From a virus, in the UHGV virus genome UHGV-0176920: 19,666 nt of DNA. One strand, 5' to 3'. Of this stretch, positions 8,540 through 17,221 are shown piece after piece. Position 1 is the stretch's first letter. Each line of letters begins with the position of its first letter. Under the pieces are notes generated by a model. The model searched no databases, had not been told where the DNA came from, and was given only the letters and a program-made list of their open reading frames with translations. The position numbers and the translations under genes were made by a program.

Positions 8540-9481
8540 TTAAGTTAATTTTAATGAATGGTACTCTATCGAGCTGATTGTAGATGCGATATATTTACGA
8601 TCATTTACAGAGAGTATTGCCGCTAGTAGACGACATACCAGAGCCTGCATTTGTAGCAATATATCGCTACCATATTGACAATCATTGATACTAGAGAAAC
8701 CAAGCGGTTGCCCATTAAAAATGGCTTCATGAAAATTATCATTGCGTATAACTGAAACATTACATTCATCTGTTGCCCATGACGGGATTTTTACACCGTA
8801 ATTTTCGCACATCCAATATACTCTATTTTGATGAGATGGTTTTTTCTCTTTAATGACTTTATCCCTTTCATCCCATGCTATAGCAAAACAGCAATCAAGA
8901 GCCATATAAAGATACTGGAATTTCTCAAAGGAAAGGTATAGTGGGTTATGTGACAGGAATAGGGAGTGTATCACCGCAGCTATTCTTTTAATGGAGCGAT
9001 CATCTTTTTGTTTGTCTTTTATATAGTTAAGTGCTAGCTCTATTACTTCTTTTTCAGAGCATCCAACGAGAATAAAGTCGGTTAACTTAGTGGGCTTGAT
9101 AGTGGTTGCATCAAGAAAACCAGCGTCAGTGGTTGTCAATCTTATACCCTTGAAAAAAGAGAGGCACCACACAACAAAGTTGAGAGTTTCTAACGAGGAT
9201 GTGTTTTTTAATTTTAGTGTGTGCGTTTTGGGCATGCCGAATACTCGGTAACTATAAGGCATTGTGCATGTGTCACCATTAAGGTTATATACCTTTCGAT
9301 TCCCAGGGTATATCCAACCATTAACAACGTTTTTATCATTGTTAATACGTTCCACGTTCTCAATAAGACCGGGTAAAGTACGCAAAGAAAATTGTTCAGT
9401 CTCAATGTTAACTTCTACTGGATAGTATCCAAACTCCGAAATAATCTCATTTGGTTGCTGTTCGTCAACTTCACCTTGCAT
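8540..9481 (-). CDS. Hypothetical protein, 313 aa, cargo gene adjacent to cos; function unknown
   Basis: Minus-strand ORF with GGAG 7 nt upstream of ATG 9481, convergent with the 226-aa gene. AT-rich. Contains one R-N-D-N-F-H string (codons at 8729-8746), a weak Rx4H match to a HEPN-type motif. Confidence 0.7.
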   Translation of the reverse strand: MQGEVDEQQPNEIISEFGYYPVEVNIETEQFSLRTLPGLIENVERINNDKNVVNGWIYPGNRKVYNLNGDTCTMPYSYRVFGMPKTHTLKLKNTSSLETLNFVVWCLSFFKGIRLTTTDAGFLDATTIKPTKLTDFILVGCSEKEVIELALNYIKDKQKDDRSIKRIAAVIHSLFLSHNPLYLSFEKFQYLYMALDCCFAIAWDERDKVIKEKKPSHQNRVYWMCENYGVKIPSWATDECNVSVIRNDNFHEAIFNGQPLGFSSINDCQYGSDILLQMQALVCRLLAAILSVNDRKYIASTISSIEYHSLKLT

Positions 9482-9719
9482 AACTTTCTCCGTTCAAAAA
9501 CAGGCACGATAATTCTCGTAAGCCTATCATGTTCGCAAAGTATCCATACCTGTGGATTTTGTAAATTTAAGTTGATTTGTCATTAAATAAGCCGTTGCAT
9601 GCAACAAGTGAATGTTTTTGCATGCGTCGGGGATGTCCGTTCAGGCTGCGTGCGGTCAGGACTGGTGCGGATCCATAGTATCTATGCAACTGCATTAAAA
9701 CCGCCCCATGAAGCGGGCG

Positions 9720-9738
9720 GGCGAGGCGGGGAAAGCAC
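9720..9738. other. cos site candidate (P2-type 19-nt cohesive end sequence)
   Basis: ggcgaggcggggaaagcac read directly; it matches the P2/P4 cohesive-end sequence as I recall it and sits where cos is expected, between the tin/old-equivalent locus and Q. Confidence 0.5.
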
Positions 9739-9872
9739 TGCGCGCTGGCGGTGGTGCTGATTTTATTTTTTCAGCGTCTCAGCGCGTCGTGATGGCATTT
9801 AGTCGGCCTGCTGGGGCGTTGGTGTGTCTGCGGGGTGTTTTGTGCGGTGGTGAGGGCGTGATGACGGGATGT

Positions 9873-9894
9873 AAAAAAGCCGCCCGCAGGCGGC
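9873..9894 (-). terminator. Rho-independent terminator candidate downstream of Q (minus strand)
   Basis: Plus strand aaaaaa-GCCGCC-cgca-GGCGGC; on the minus strand this is a GC stem-loop followed by TTTTTT, starting 6 nt after the Q stop. Confidence 0.5.
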
Positions 9895-9899
9895 GATGT

Positions 9900-10934
9900 T
9901 CAGCCGTTGTCAGTGTCAAGTGAGTAGTTTTTAAAGCGGATGACCTCCTGACCGAGCCAGTCGTTTATCTCGCGGATCCTGTCCTGTAACGGGATAAGCT
10001 CATTGCGGACAAAGACCTTTGCCACTTTCTCAATATCACCCAGCGACCCGACGTTCTCCGGCTTGCCACCCATCAACTGAAAGGGGATGCGGTGCGCGTC
10101 CAGCAGGTCAGCGGCGCTGGCTTTTTTGATATTAAAAAAATCGTCCTTCGTCGCCACTTCACTGAGGGGGATAATTTTAATGCCGTCGGCTTTCCCCTGT
10201 GGGGCATAGAGAAACAGATTTTTAAAGTTATTGCGGCCTTTCGACTTCACCATGTTTTCGCGAAGCATTTCGATATCGTTGCGATCCTGCACGGCATCGG
10301 TGACGTACATGATGTATCCAGCATGTGCGCCATTTTCGTAATACTTGCGGCGGAACAGCGTGGCCGACTCATTCAGCCAGGCAGAGTTAAGGGCGCTGAG
10401 ATATTCCGGCAGGCCGTACAGCTCCTGATTAATATCCGGCTCCAGCAGGTGAAACACGGAGCCGGACGCGAAGGCTGTCGGCTCGTTGAAGGACGGCACC
10501 CACCAGTAAACATCCTCCTCCACGCCACGGCGGGTATATTTTGCCGGTGAGGTTTCCAGCCTGATAACCTTACCGGTGGTGCTGTAACGCTTTTCCAGAA
10601 ACGCATTACCGAACACCAGAAAATCCAGCACAAAGCGGCTGAAATCCTGCTGGGAAAGCCACGGGTGCGGAATAAACGTTGAAGCCAGAATATTACGTTT
10701 GACGTAAATCGGTGAGCTGTGATGTACGGCAGCACGCAGGCTTTTTGCCAGACCGGTAAAGCTGACCGGTGGCTCATACCATCTGCCGTTACTGATGCAC
10801 TCGACGTAATCCAGAATGTCACGGCGGTCGAGTACCGGCACCGGCTCACCAAAGGTGAATGCCTCCATTTTCGGGGCGCTGGCGGTCATTGTTTTCACCG
10901 CAGGTTGCGGTGTTTTCCCTTTTTTCTTGCTCAT
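9900..10934 (-). CDS. Q: Portal protein (P2 gpQ-like), 344 aa
   Basis: 344-aa ORF (P2 Q length) starting MSKKKGKTPQPAVKTMTASAPKMEAFTFGEP, directly downstream of and start-overlapping the terminase gene on the minus strand. Confidence 0.95.
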   Translation of the reverse strand: MSKKKGKTPQPAVKTMTASAPKMEAFTFGEPVPVLDRRDILDYVECISNGRWYEPPVSFTGLAKSLRAAVHHSSPIYVKRNILASTFIPHPWLSQQDFSRFVLDFLVFGNAFLEKRYSTTGKVIRLETSPAKYTRRGVEEDVYWWVPSFNEPTAFASGSVFHLLEPDINQELYGLPEYLSALNSAWLNESATLFRRKYYENGAHAGYIMYVTDAVQDRNDIEMLRENMVKSKGRNNFKNLFLYAPQGKADGIKIIPLSEVATKDDFFNIKKASAADLLDAHRIPFQLMGGKPENVGSLGDIEKVAKVFVRNELIPLQDRIREINDWLGQEVIRFKNYSLDTDNG

Positions 10935-12706
10935 CAGTAAAACTCCAGAATGGTGGATGTCAGCGGGGTGCTGATACCGGCGGTGAGTGGCTCATTTAAC
11001 AGGGCGTGCATGGTCGCCCAGGCGAGGTCGGCGTGGCTGGCTTCCTCGCTGCGACTGGCCTCATAGGTGGCGCTGCGTCCGCTGCTGGTCATGGTCTTGC
11101 GGATAGCCATAAACGAGCTGGTGATGTCGGTGGCGCTGACGTCATATTCCAGACAGCCACGGCGGATAACGTCTTTTGCCTTGAGCACCATTGCGGTTTT
11201 CATTTCCGGTGTGTAGCGGATATCGCGCGCGGCGGGATAGAACGAGCGCACGAGCTGGAACACGCCGACACCGAGGCCGGTGGCATCAATACCGATGTAT
11301 TCGACGTTATATTTTTCGGTGAGTTTGCGGATGGATTCAGCCTGGGTGGCAAAGTCCATGCCTTTCCACTGGTGACGCTCAAGTATCCTGAATTTGCCAC
11401 CGGCCACCACCGGCGGTGCCAGCACCACGCATCCGGCGCTGTCGCCACGGTGTGACGGGTCGTAACCAATCCATACCGGGCGGGAGCCGAACGGATTGGC
11501 GGCAAACGGTGCATAGTCTTCCCATTCTTCCAGCGTGTCGACCATGCAGCGTTGCAGCTCCTCGAACGGGAACACCGATGCCTTGTCGTCAACAAATTCA
11601 CACATGAACAGGTTTTTAAAATCGTCGGCGCTGTTTTCGCGTTTGAGCTGCTCAATGTCGAACAGTGTGCAGCCACCTTTCAGGGCGTCCTCAATGGTGA
11701 CAATCTGCCGCCACTGGCCGTCCGCACAGAGAAGCCCACCGGCAAGGGCGTTATGACTGACGTCGATTTCCACACGTTCGGCGGCGCTGGCGCGTCCCCG
11801 GTTGAACAGTTCACCCGACCAGAACGGGTAGGCGTCGTGCGCCAGTGTGGACGGGGTGGAGAAATAGGTCGAGCGCAGGTGACTCTGTGAGGCCATACCT
11901 GATGCCACCTTACGCAGAACCTGAAAATTTGGGATCCAGAAAATCTCGTCGACGTACAGGTCACCGTTATGGCTCTGTGCGGTGTTGGAGTTGGTGCCGA
12001 GAAAAATCAGTTTTGCGCCGTTATTGCCCAGGACAATCGGGTCACCGGTCAGGTCAACGTCAACCAGACGGGCAAAGGCGATGATGTATTCACGGAACAC
12101 ATACGCCTGCGTTTTACTGGCCGACAGAAAAATCTGGTTATGACCGGTTTTCAGGGCGCGCAGCAGCGCCTCGCGGGAAAAATAAAATGTCGCGCCAATC
12201 TGGCGGGATTTCAGGATATCGCGGATGCGGTGCTCAAGCCCGGCGCGATACCAGTGCAACTGATAGTCGAAAGACTGCTCAAAGAAAATCTGCTCCAGCT
12301 TTTCGATAGCCTCGTCACTGAAAAAATTCTTTTTCGGTTTGCGCCGCCCGCCTTTGTTGCGGTTAGCGACGTTCGGATTAAGGTCTGCCTCGTTGCCGGT
12401 CTGGCTGTAGCGGTTTACCCGTGCCAGTCGTTCAATCTGGCGTCCGAGCAGGTCAATTTCCTTGAAGTCACCGCCGGTTTTCTGCGGTTTGATAATGAGC
12501 TGGGTCAGCCGCGCTTCCAGACTCATTTCGACACGGCTGATGGGGGCAACGCTGTCCCAGCCGTCGCGCTGTTTCCAGCTCTGCACCGTCGGGCGTTTCA
12601 TCTGCAACATGGCGGCAATCTGCGGCACGGAAAACCCCTGCCAGTACAGCAGCGCCGCCTGACGACGCGGGTCGTGTAAAAGAGTGGTGTCTGTGGTGAT
12701 GGTCAT
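10934..12706 (-). CDS. P: Terminase large (ATPase) subunit (P2 gpP-like), 590 aa
   Basis: ATG at 12706 (GAGGT upstream) chosen inside ORF-track ORF 10934..12736, giving the 590-aa P2 P length with N-terminus MTITTDTTLLHDPRRQAALLYWQGF. Divergent from O. Confidence 0.95.
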   Translation of the reverse strand: MTITTDTTLLHDPRRQAALLYWQGFSVPQIAAMLQMKRPTVQSWKQRDGWDSVAPISRVEMSLEARLTQLIIKPQKTGGDFKEIDLLGRQIERLARVNRYSQTGNEADLNPNVANRNKGGRRKPKKNFFSDEAIEKLEQIFFEQSFDYQLHWYRAGLEHRIRDILKSRQIGATFYFSREALLRALKTGHNQIFLSASKTQAYVFREYIIAFARLVDVDLTGDPIVLGNNGAKLIFLGTNSNTAQSHNGDLYVDEIFWIPNFQVLRKVASGMASQSHLRSTYFSTPSTLAHDAYPFWSGELFNRGRASAAERVEIDVSHNALAGGLLCADGQWRQIVTIEDALKGGCTLFDIEQLKRENSADDFKNLFMCEFVDDKASVFPFEELQRCMVDTLEEWEDYAPFAANPFGSRPVWIGYDPSHRGDSAGCVVLAPPVVAGGKFRILERHQWKGMDFATQAESIRKLTEKYNVEYIGIDATGLGVGVFQLVRSFYPAARDIRYTPEMKTAMVLKAKDVIRRGCLEYDVSATDITSSFMAIRKTMTSSGRSATYEASRSEEASHADLAWATMHALLNEPLTAGISTPLTSTILEFY

Positions 12707-12879
12707 GAATACCTCGCCGTGATGAATACACGGCAAGGCTACTGAGTCGCGCCCCGCGATTCGCTAAGGTGCTGTTGTGTCAGTGATAAGCCATCCGGGA
12801 CTGATGGCGGAGGATGCGCATCGTCGGGAAACTGATGCCGACATGTGACTCCTCTAATCACTATTCAGGACTCCTGACA

Positions 12880-13734
12880 ATGGCAAAAAAAGTCTCAAAA
12901 TTCTTTCGTATCGGCGTTGAGGGTGACACCTGTGACGGGCGTGTCATCAGTGCGCAGGATATTCAGGAAATGGCCGAAACCTTTGACCCGCGAGTCTATG
13001 GTTGCCGCATTAACCTGGAACATCTGCGCGGCATCCTGCCTGACGGTATTTTTAAGCGTTATGGCGATGTGGTCGAACTGAAGGCCGAAAAGATTGACGA
13101 TGATTCGGCGCTGAAAGGCAAATGGGCGCTGTTTGCGAAAATCACCCCGACCGATGACCTTATCGCGATGAACAAGGCCGCGCAGAAGGTCTACACCTCA
13201 ATGGAAATTCAGCCGAACTTTGCCAACACCGGCAAATGTTATCTGGTGGGGCTGGCCGTCACCGATGACCCGGCAAGCCTCGGCACGGAATACCTGGAAT
13301 TCTGCCGCACGGCAAAACACAACCCTCTGAACCGCTTCAAATTAAGCCCTGAAAACCTGATTTCAGTGGCAACGCCCGTTGAGCTGGAATTTGAAGACCT
13401 GCCTGAAACCGTGTTCACCGCCCTGACCGAAAAGGTGAAATCCATTTTTGGCCGCAAACAGGCCAGCGATGACGCCCGTCTGAATGACGTGCATGAAGCG
13501 GTGACCGCTGTTGCTGAACATGTGCAGGAAAAACTGAGCGCCACTGAGCAGCGCCTCGCTGAGATGGAAACCGCCTTTTCCGCACTTAAGCAGGCGGTGA
13601 CTGACAGGGCGGATGAAACCAGCCAGGCATTCACCCGCCTGAAAAACAGTCTCGACCACACCGAAAGTCTGACCCAGCAGCGCCGCAGCAAGGCCACCGG
13701 TGGTGGCGGTGACGGCCTGATGACGAACTGCTGA
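12880..13734 (+). CDS. O: Capsid scaffolding protein (P2 gpO-like), 284 aa
   Basis: ATG 12880 chosen inside ORF-track ORF 12814..13734, giving 284 aa starting MAKKVSKFFRIGVEGDTCDGRV as in P2 O. Confidence 0.9.
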   Translation: MAKKVSKFFRIGVEGDTCDGRVISAQDIQEMAETFDPRVYGCRINLEHLRGILPDGIFKRYGDVVELKAEKIDDDSALKGKWALFAKITPTDDLIAMNKAAQKVYTSMEIQPNFANTGKCYLVGLAVTDDPASLGTEYLEFCRTAKHNPLNRFKLSPENLISVATPVELEFEDLPETVFTALTEKVKSIFGRKQASDDARLNDVHEAVTAVAEHVQEKLSATEQRLAEMETAFSALKQAVTDRADETSQAFTRLKNSLDHTESLTQQRRSKATGGGGDGLMTNC

Positions 13735-13792
13735 CCGGCGTCAGTCAGTCCGGGAAAACCTTCACGATTAACCCTTAATTTCAGGAAAAACT

Positions 13793-14866
13793 ATGCGCCA
13801 GGAAACCCGCTTTAAATTTAATGCTTACCTGTCCCGTGTTGCCGAACTGAACGGCATTGATGCCGGTGATGTGTCGAAAAAATTCACTGTTGAACCGTCG
13901 GTCACCCAGACCCTGATGAACACCATGCAGGAGTCCTCTGACTTTCTGACCCGCATCAACATTGTGCCGGTCAGCGAAATGAAAGGGGAAAAAATTGGTA
14001 TTGGTGTCACCGGCTCCATCGCCAGCACCACCGACACCGCCGGTGGCACCGAGCGTCAGCCGAAGGACTTCTCGAAGCTGGCGTCAAACAAGTACGAATG
14101 CGACCAGATTAACTTCGATTTTTATATCCGCTACAAAACGCTGGACCTGTGGGCGCGTTATCAGGATTTCCAGCTCCGTATCCGTAACGCCATTATCAAA
14201 CGCCAGTCCCTTGATTTCATCATGGCCGGTTTTAACGGCGTGAAGCGTGCCGAAACCTCTGACCGCAGCAGCAATCCGATGCTGCAGGATGTGGCGGTCG
14301 GCTGGCTGCAGAAATACCGCAATGAAGCCCCGGCTCGCGTGATGAGCAAGGTCACTGACGAGGAAGGCAGCACCACCTCTGAGGTCATCCGCGTGGGTAA
14401 GGGCGGTGATTATGCCAGCCTCGATGCACTGGTGATGGATGCGACCAACAACCTGATTGAGCCGTGGTATCAGGAAGACCCTGACCTTGTGGTGATTGTG
14501 GGGCGTCAGCTACTGGCGGACAAGTATTTCCCCATCGTCAACAGGGAGCAGGATAACAGCGAAATGCTGGCTGCTGACGTCATCATCAGCCAGAAACGCA
14601 TCGGTAACCTGCCAGCGGTACGCGTCCCGTACTTCCCGGCGGATGCGATGCTCATCACGAAGCTGGAAAACCTGTCTATCTACTACATGGATGACAGCCA
14701 TCGCCGCGTGATTGTGGAAAACCCGAAACTCGACCGCGTGGAGAACTACGAGTCAATGAACATTGATTACGTGGTGGAAGACTACGCCGCCGGTTGTCTG
14801 GTGGAAAAAATCAAGGTCGGTGATTTCTCCACACCGGCTAAGGCGACCGCAGAGCCGGGAGCGTAA
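13793..14866 (+). CDS. N: Major capsid protein (P2 gpN-like), 357 aa
   Basis: 357-aa ORF following O, length and position as P2 N. Confidence 0.95.
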   Translation: MRQETRFKFNAYLSRVAELNGIDAGDVSKKFTVEPSVTQTLMNTMQESSDFLTRINIVPVSEMKGEKIGIGVTGSIASTTDTAGGTERQPKDFSKLASNKYECDQINFDFYIRYKTLDLWARYQDFQLRIRNAIIKRQSLDFIMAGFNGVKRAETSDRSSNPMLQDVAVGWLQKYRNEAPARVMSKVTDEEGSTTSEVIRVGKGGDYASLDALVMDATNNLIEPWYQEDPDLVVIVGRQLLADKYFPIVNREQDNSEMLAADVIISQKRIGNLPAVRVPYFPADAMLITKLENLSIYYMDDSHRRVIVENPKLDRVENYESMNIDYVVEDYAAGCLVEKIKVGDFSTPAKATAEPGA

Positions 14867-14869
14867 CCG

Positions 14870-15613
14870 ATGACGAGTCCCGCACAGCGCCACATGATGC
14901 GGGTCTCGGCAGCGATGACCGCGCAGCGGGAAGCCGCCCCGCTGCGACATGCAACTGTCTATGAGCAGATGCTGGTCAAGCTGGCCGCAGACCAGCGCAC
15001 ACTGAAAGCGATTTATTCAAAAGAGCTTAAGGCCGCGAAAAAGCGCGAACTGCTGCCGTTCTGGTTGCCGTGGGTGAACGGTGTGCTGGAGCAGGGCAAA
15101 GGTGCACAGGATGACATTCTGATGACGGTCATGCTGTGGCGTCTGGATACCGGCGATATTGCCGGTGCGCTGGAGATTGCCCGTTATGCCCTGAAGTACG
15201 GTCTGACCATGCCGGGTAAACACCGCCGCACCCCGCCGTACATGTTCACCGAGGAGGTCGCACTCGCGGCCATGCGTGCCCACGCTGCCGGTGAATCTGT
15301 GGATATCCGCCTGCTGACGGAGACCCTTGAACTGACCGCCACGGCTGACATGCCTGATGAAGTGCGCGCAAAGCTGCACAAAATCACCGGTCTGTTTCTG
15401 CGTGACGCTGGTGATGCCGCCGGTGCGCTGGCTCACCTGCAACGTGCGACACAGCTCGACTGTCAGGCAGGCGTCAAAAAAGAGATTGAACGACTGGAGC
15501 GGGAGCTGAAACCGAAGCCGGAGCCGCAGCCCAAAGCGGTCACCCGCGCCCCGCGTAAGACCCGGAGCGTGACACCGGCAAAACGTGGACGCCCGAAAAA
15601 GAAAGCCAGTTAA
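14870..15613 (+). CDS. M: Terminase small (endonuclease) subunit (P2 gpM-like), 247 aa
   Basis: 247-aa ORF following N with a basic Lys/Arg/Pro-rich C-terminus; P2 M length and position. Confidence 0.9.
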   Translation: MTSPAQRHMMRVSAAMTAQREAAPLRHATVYEQMLVKLAADQRTLKAIYSKELKAAKKRELLPFWLPWVNGVLEQGKGAQDDILMTVMLWRLDTGDIAGALEIARYALKYGLTMPGKHRRTPPYMFTEEVALAAMRAHAAGESVDIRLLTETLELTATADMPDEVRAKLHKITGLFLRDAGDAAGALAHLQRATQLDCQAGVKKEIERLERELKPKPEPQPKAVTRAPRKTRSVTPAKRGRPKKKAS

Positions 15614-15712
15614 CAACCGAATGCGCCCCGCGCCAGGGCGGCACGCCGGTCAGTGAGGGTGAATCACCTGACACTGCACCGGCGTCCACCGCCCGACTTT
15701 TCAGAGGTAGTC

Positions 15713-16222
15713 ATGATGACGCTGATTATTCCGCGAAAGGAGGCTCCCGTGTCCGGTGAGGGTACGGTGGTCATCCCGCAACCGGCAGGCGACGAGCCGG
15801 TGATTAAAAACACGTTCTTTTTTCCCGATATCGACCCGAAGCGCGTCCGGGAACGTATGCGCCTTGAGCAGACCGTCGCCCCCGCCCGTCTGCGTGAGGC
15901 CATCAAGTCAGGCATGGCGGAGACGAATGCGGAGCTGTACGAGTACCGCGAACAGAAAATTGCCGCCGGTTTTACGCGTCTGGCGGACGTTCCGGCGGAC
16001 GACATCGACGGTGAAAGCATCAAAGTTTTTTACTACGAGCGCGCCGTGTGTGCGATGGCGACCGCGTCGCTTTATGAGCGTTATCGCGGCGTGGATGCCA
16101 GTGCGAAAGGCGACAAGAAGGCCGACAGCATTGACAGCACCATTGATGAACTGTGGCGGGATATGCGCTGGGCGGTGGCGCGTATCCAGGACAAGCCGCG
16201 CTGCATCGTGAGTCAAATCTGA
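15713..16222 (+). CDS. L: Head completion / stabilisation protein (P2 gpL-like), 169 aa
   Basis: ATG 15713 chosen inside ORF-track ORF 15653..16222, giving 169 aa starting MMTLIIPRKEAPVSGEG; stop overlaps the X start. Confidence 0.85.
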   Translation: MMTLIIPRKEAPVSGEGTVVIPQPAGDEPVIKNTFFFPDIDPKRVRERMRLEQTVAPARLREAIKSGMAETNAELYEYREQKIAAGFTRLADVPADDIDGESIKVFYYERAVCAMATASLYERYRGVDASAKGDKKADSIDSTIDELWRDMRWAVARIQDKPRCIVSQI

Positions 16223-16425
16223 TGAAGACCTTTGCGCTACAGGGTGACACGCTCGACGCCATTTGTGTCCGGTATTACGGGCGCACTGAGGGCGTGGTTG
16301 AGACCGTGCTCGCCGCAAATCCGGGACTGGCTGAACTGGGTGCGGTGCTGCCACACGGCACCGCCGTCGAACTGCCCGACGTTCAGACCGCGCCCGTGGC
16401 TGAAACTGTCAATCTGTGGGAGTAA
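16222..16425 (+). CDS. X: Tail protein X (P2 gpX-like), 67 aa
   Basis: ATG 16222 inside ORF-track ORF 16153..16425 gives 67 aa starting MKTFALQGDTLDAICVRYYGR; P2 X length and position. Confidence 0.8.
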   Translation: MKTFALQGDTLDAICVRYYGRTEGVVETVLAANPGLAELGAVLPHGTAVELPDVQTAPVAETVNLWE

Positions 16426-16428
16426 CGC

Positions 16429-16710
16429 ATGACAGCAGAAGAAAAAAGCGTCCTGTCGCTTTTCATGATTGGGGTGCTGATTGTTGTCGGCAAGGTGCTT
16501 GCCGGTGGTGAACCCATCACCCCGCGTCTGTTTATCGGGCGCATGTTGCTCGGCGGTTTTGTCTCGATGGTTGCCGGTGTTGTTCTGGTGCAGTTTCCTG
16601 ACCTGTCACTGCCTGCGGTGTGCGGCATCGGTTCCATGCTGGGTATCGCCGGTTATCAGGTGATTGAGATTGCCATTCAGCGCCGCTTTAAGGGCAGGGG
16701 GAAACCGTAA
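16429..16710 (+). CDS. Y: Holin (P2 gpY-like), 93 aa
   Basis: 93-aa protein with two or three hydrophobic transmembrane stretches and a charged C-terminus, immediately upstream of the endolysin. Confidence 0.85.
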   Translation: MTAEEKSVLSLFMIGVLIVVGKVLAGGEPITPRLFIGRMLLGGFVSMVAGVVLVQFPDLSLPAVCGIGSMLGIAGYQVIEIAIQRRFKGRGKP

Positions 16711-17207
16711 TGCCGGTAATTAACACGCATCAGAATATCGCCGCCTTTCTCGACATGCTGGCCGTGTCCGAAGGGACGGCGAATCATCCGCTGACGAAAA
16801 ACCGGGGCTATGACGTGATAGTCACCGGACTGGACGGAAAGCCGGAAATTTTCACCGACTACAGTGACCACCCGTTCGCGCATGGCCGACCGGCGAAGGT
16901 GTTTAACCGTCGCGGTGAAAAATCCACGGCCTCCGGTCGCTATCAGCAGCTTTACCTGTTCTGGCCGCACTACCGCAAACAGCTTGCCCTGCCGGATTTC
17001 AGTCCGTTGTCACAGGACAGGCTCGCCATTCAGTTGATCCGCGAACGCGGTGCACTGGATGACATCCGGGCGGGACGCATTGAGCGCGCCATTTCACGCT
17101 GTCGCAATATCTGGGCGTCCCTGCCGGGTGCCGGTTACGGTCAGCGTGAGCATTCACTGGAAAAACTGGTCACCGTCTGGCGTACCGCCGGCGGCGTACC
17201 GGCTTAA
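16710..17207 (+). CDS. K: Endolysin (P2 gpK-like lysozyme/muramidase), 165 aa
   Basis: 165-aa ORF start-coupled to the holin; N-terminal …DMLAVSEGT… segment typical of phage lysozymes; P2 K length. Confidence 0.9.
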   Translation: MPVINTHQNIAAFLDMLAVSEGTANHPLTKNRGYDVIVTGLDGKPEIFTDYSDHPFAHGRPAKVFNRRGEKSTASGRYQQLYLFWPHYRKQLALPDFSPLSQDRLAIQLIRERGALDDIRAGRIERAISRCRNIWASLPGAGYGQREHSLEKLVTVWRTAGGVPA

Positions 17208-17221
17208 ACGGAGTAAACACC

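Noticed and set aside
9708-9923. 71-aa plus-strand ORF across the cos region (Gly/Ala/Arg-rich)
   Set aside because: It lies in GC-rich non-coding DNA containing the cos 19-mer and the Q terminator hairpin; the composition-driven open frame is not supported as a gene.
10092-12679. Multiple long antisense or out-of-frame ORFs inside Q and P (e.g. 10092..10550, 10373..10852, 11006..11455, 11969..12679)
   Set aside because: These are shadow ORFs typical of GC-rich coding sequence; the Q and P frames match P2 proteins and fully account for the region.
12707-12879. Searched the divergent P/O late-promoter region for the Ogr-type TGT-N12-ACA dyad
   Set aside because: No exact TGT-N12-ACA match was found by eye (nearest is TGT-N12-CAC at 12844-12861), so no late-promoter activator site is annotated. 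The region is still expected by synteny to hold the divergent late promoters.
12814-12879. N-terminal extensions of O (from 12814), L (from 15653), P (to 12736), C (to 1812) and X (from 16153) given by the ORF track
   Set aside because: Internal ATGs with Shine-Dalgarno sequences give the P2-like protein lengths and N-termini; the extensions begin at upstream or alternative starts without RBS support.
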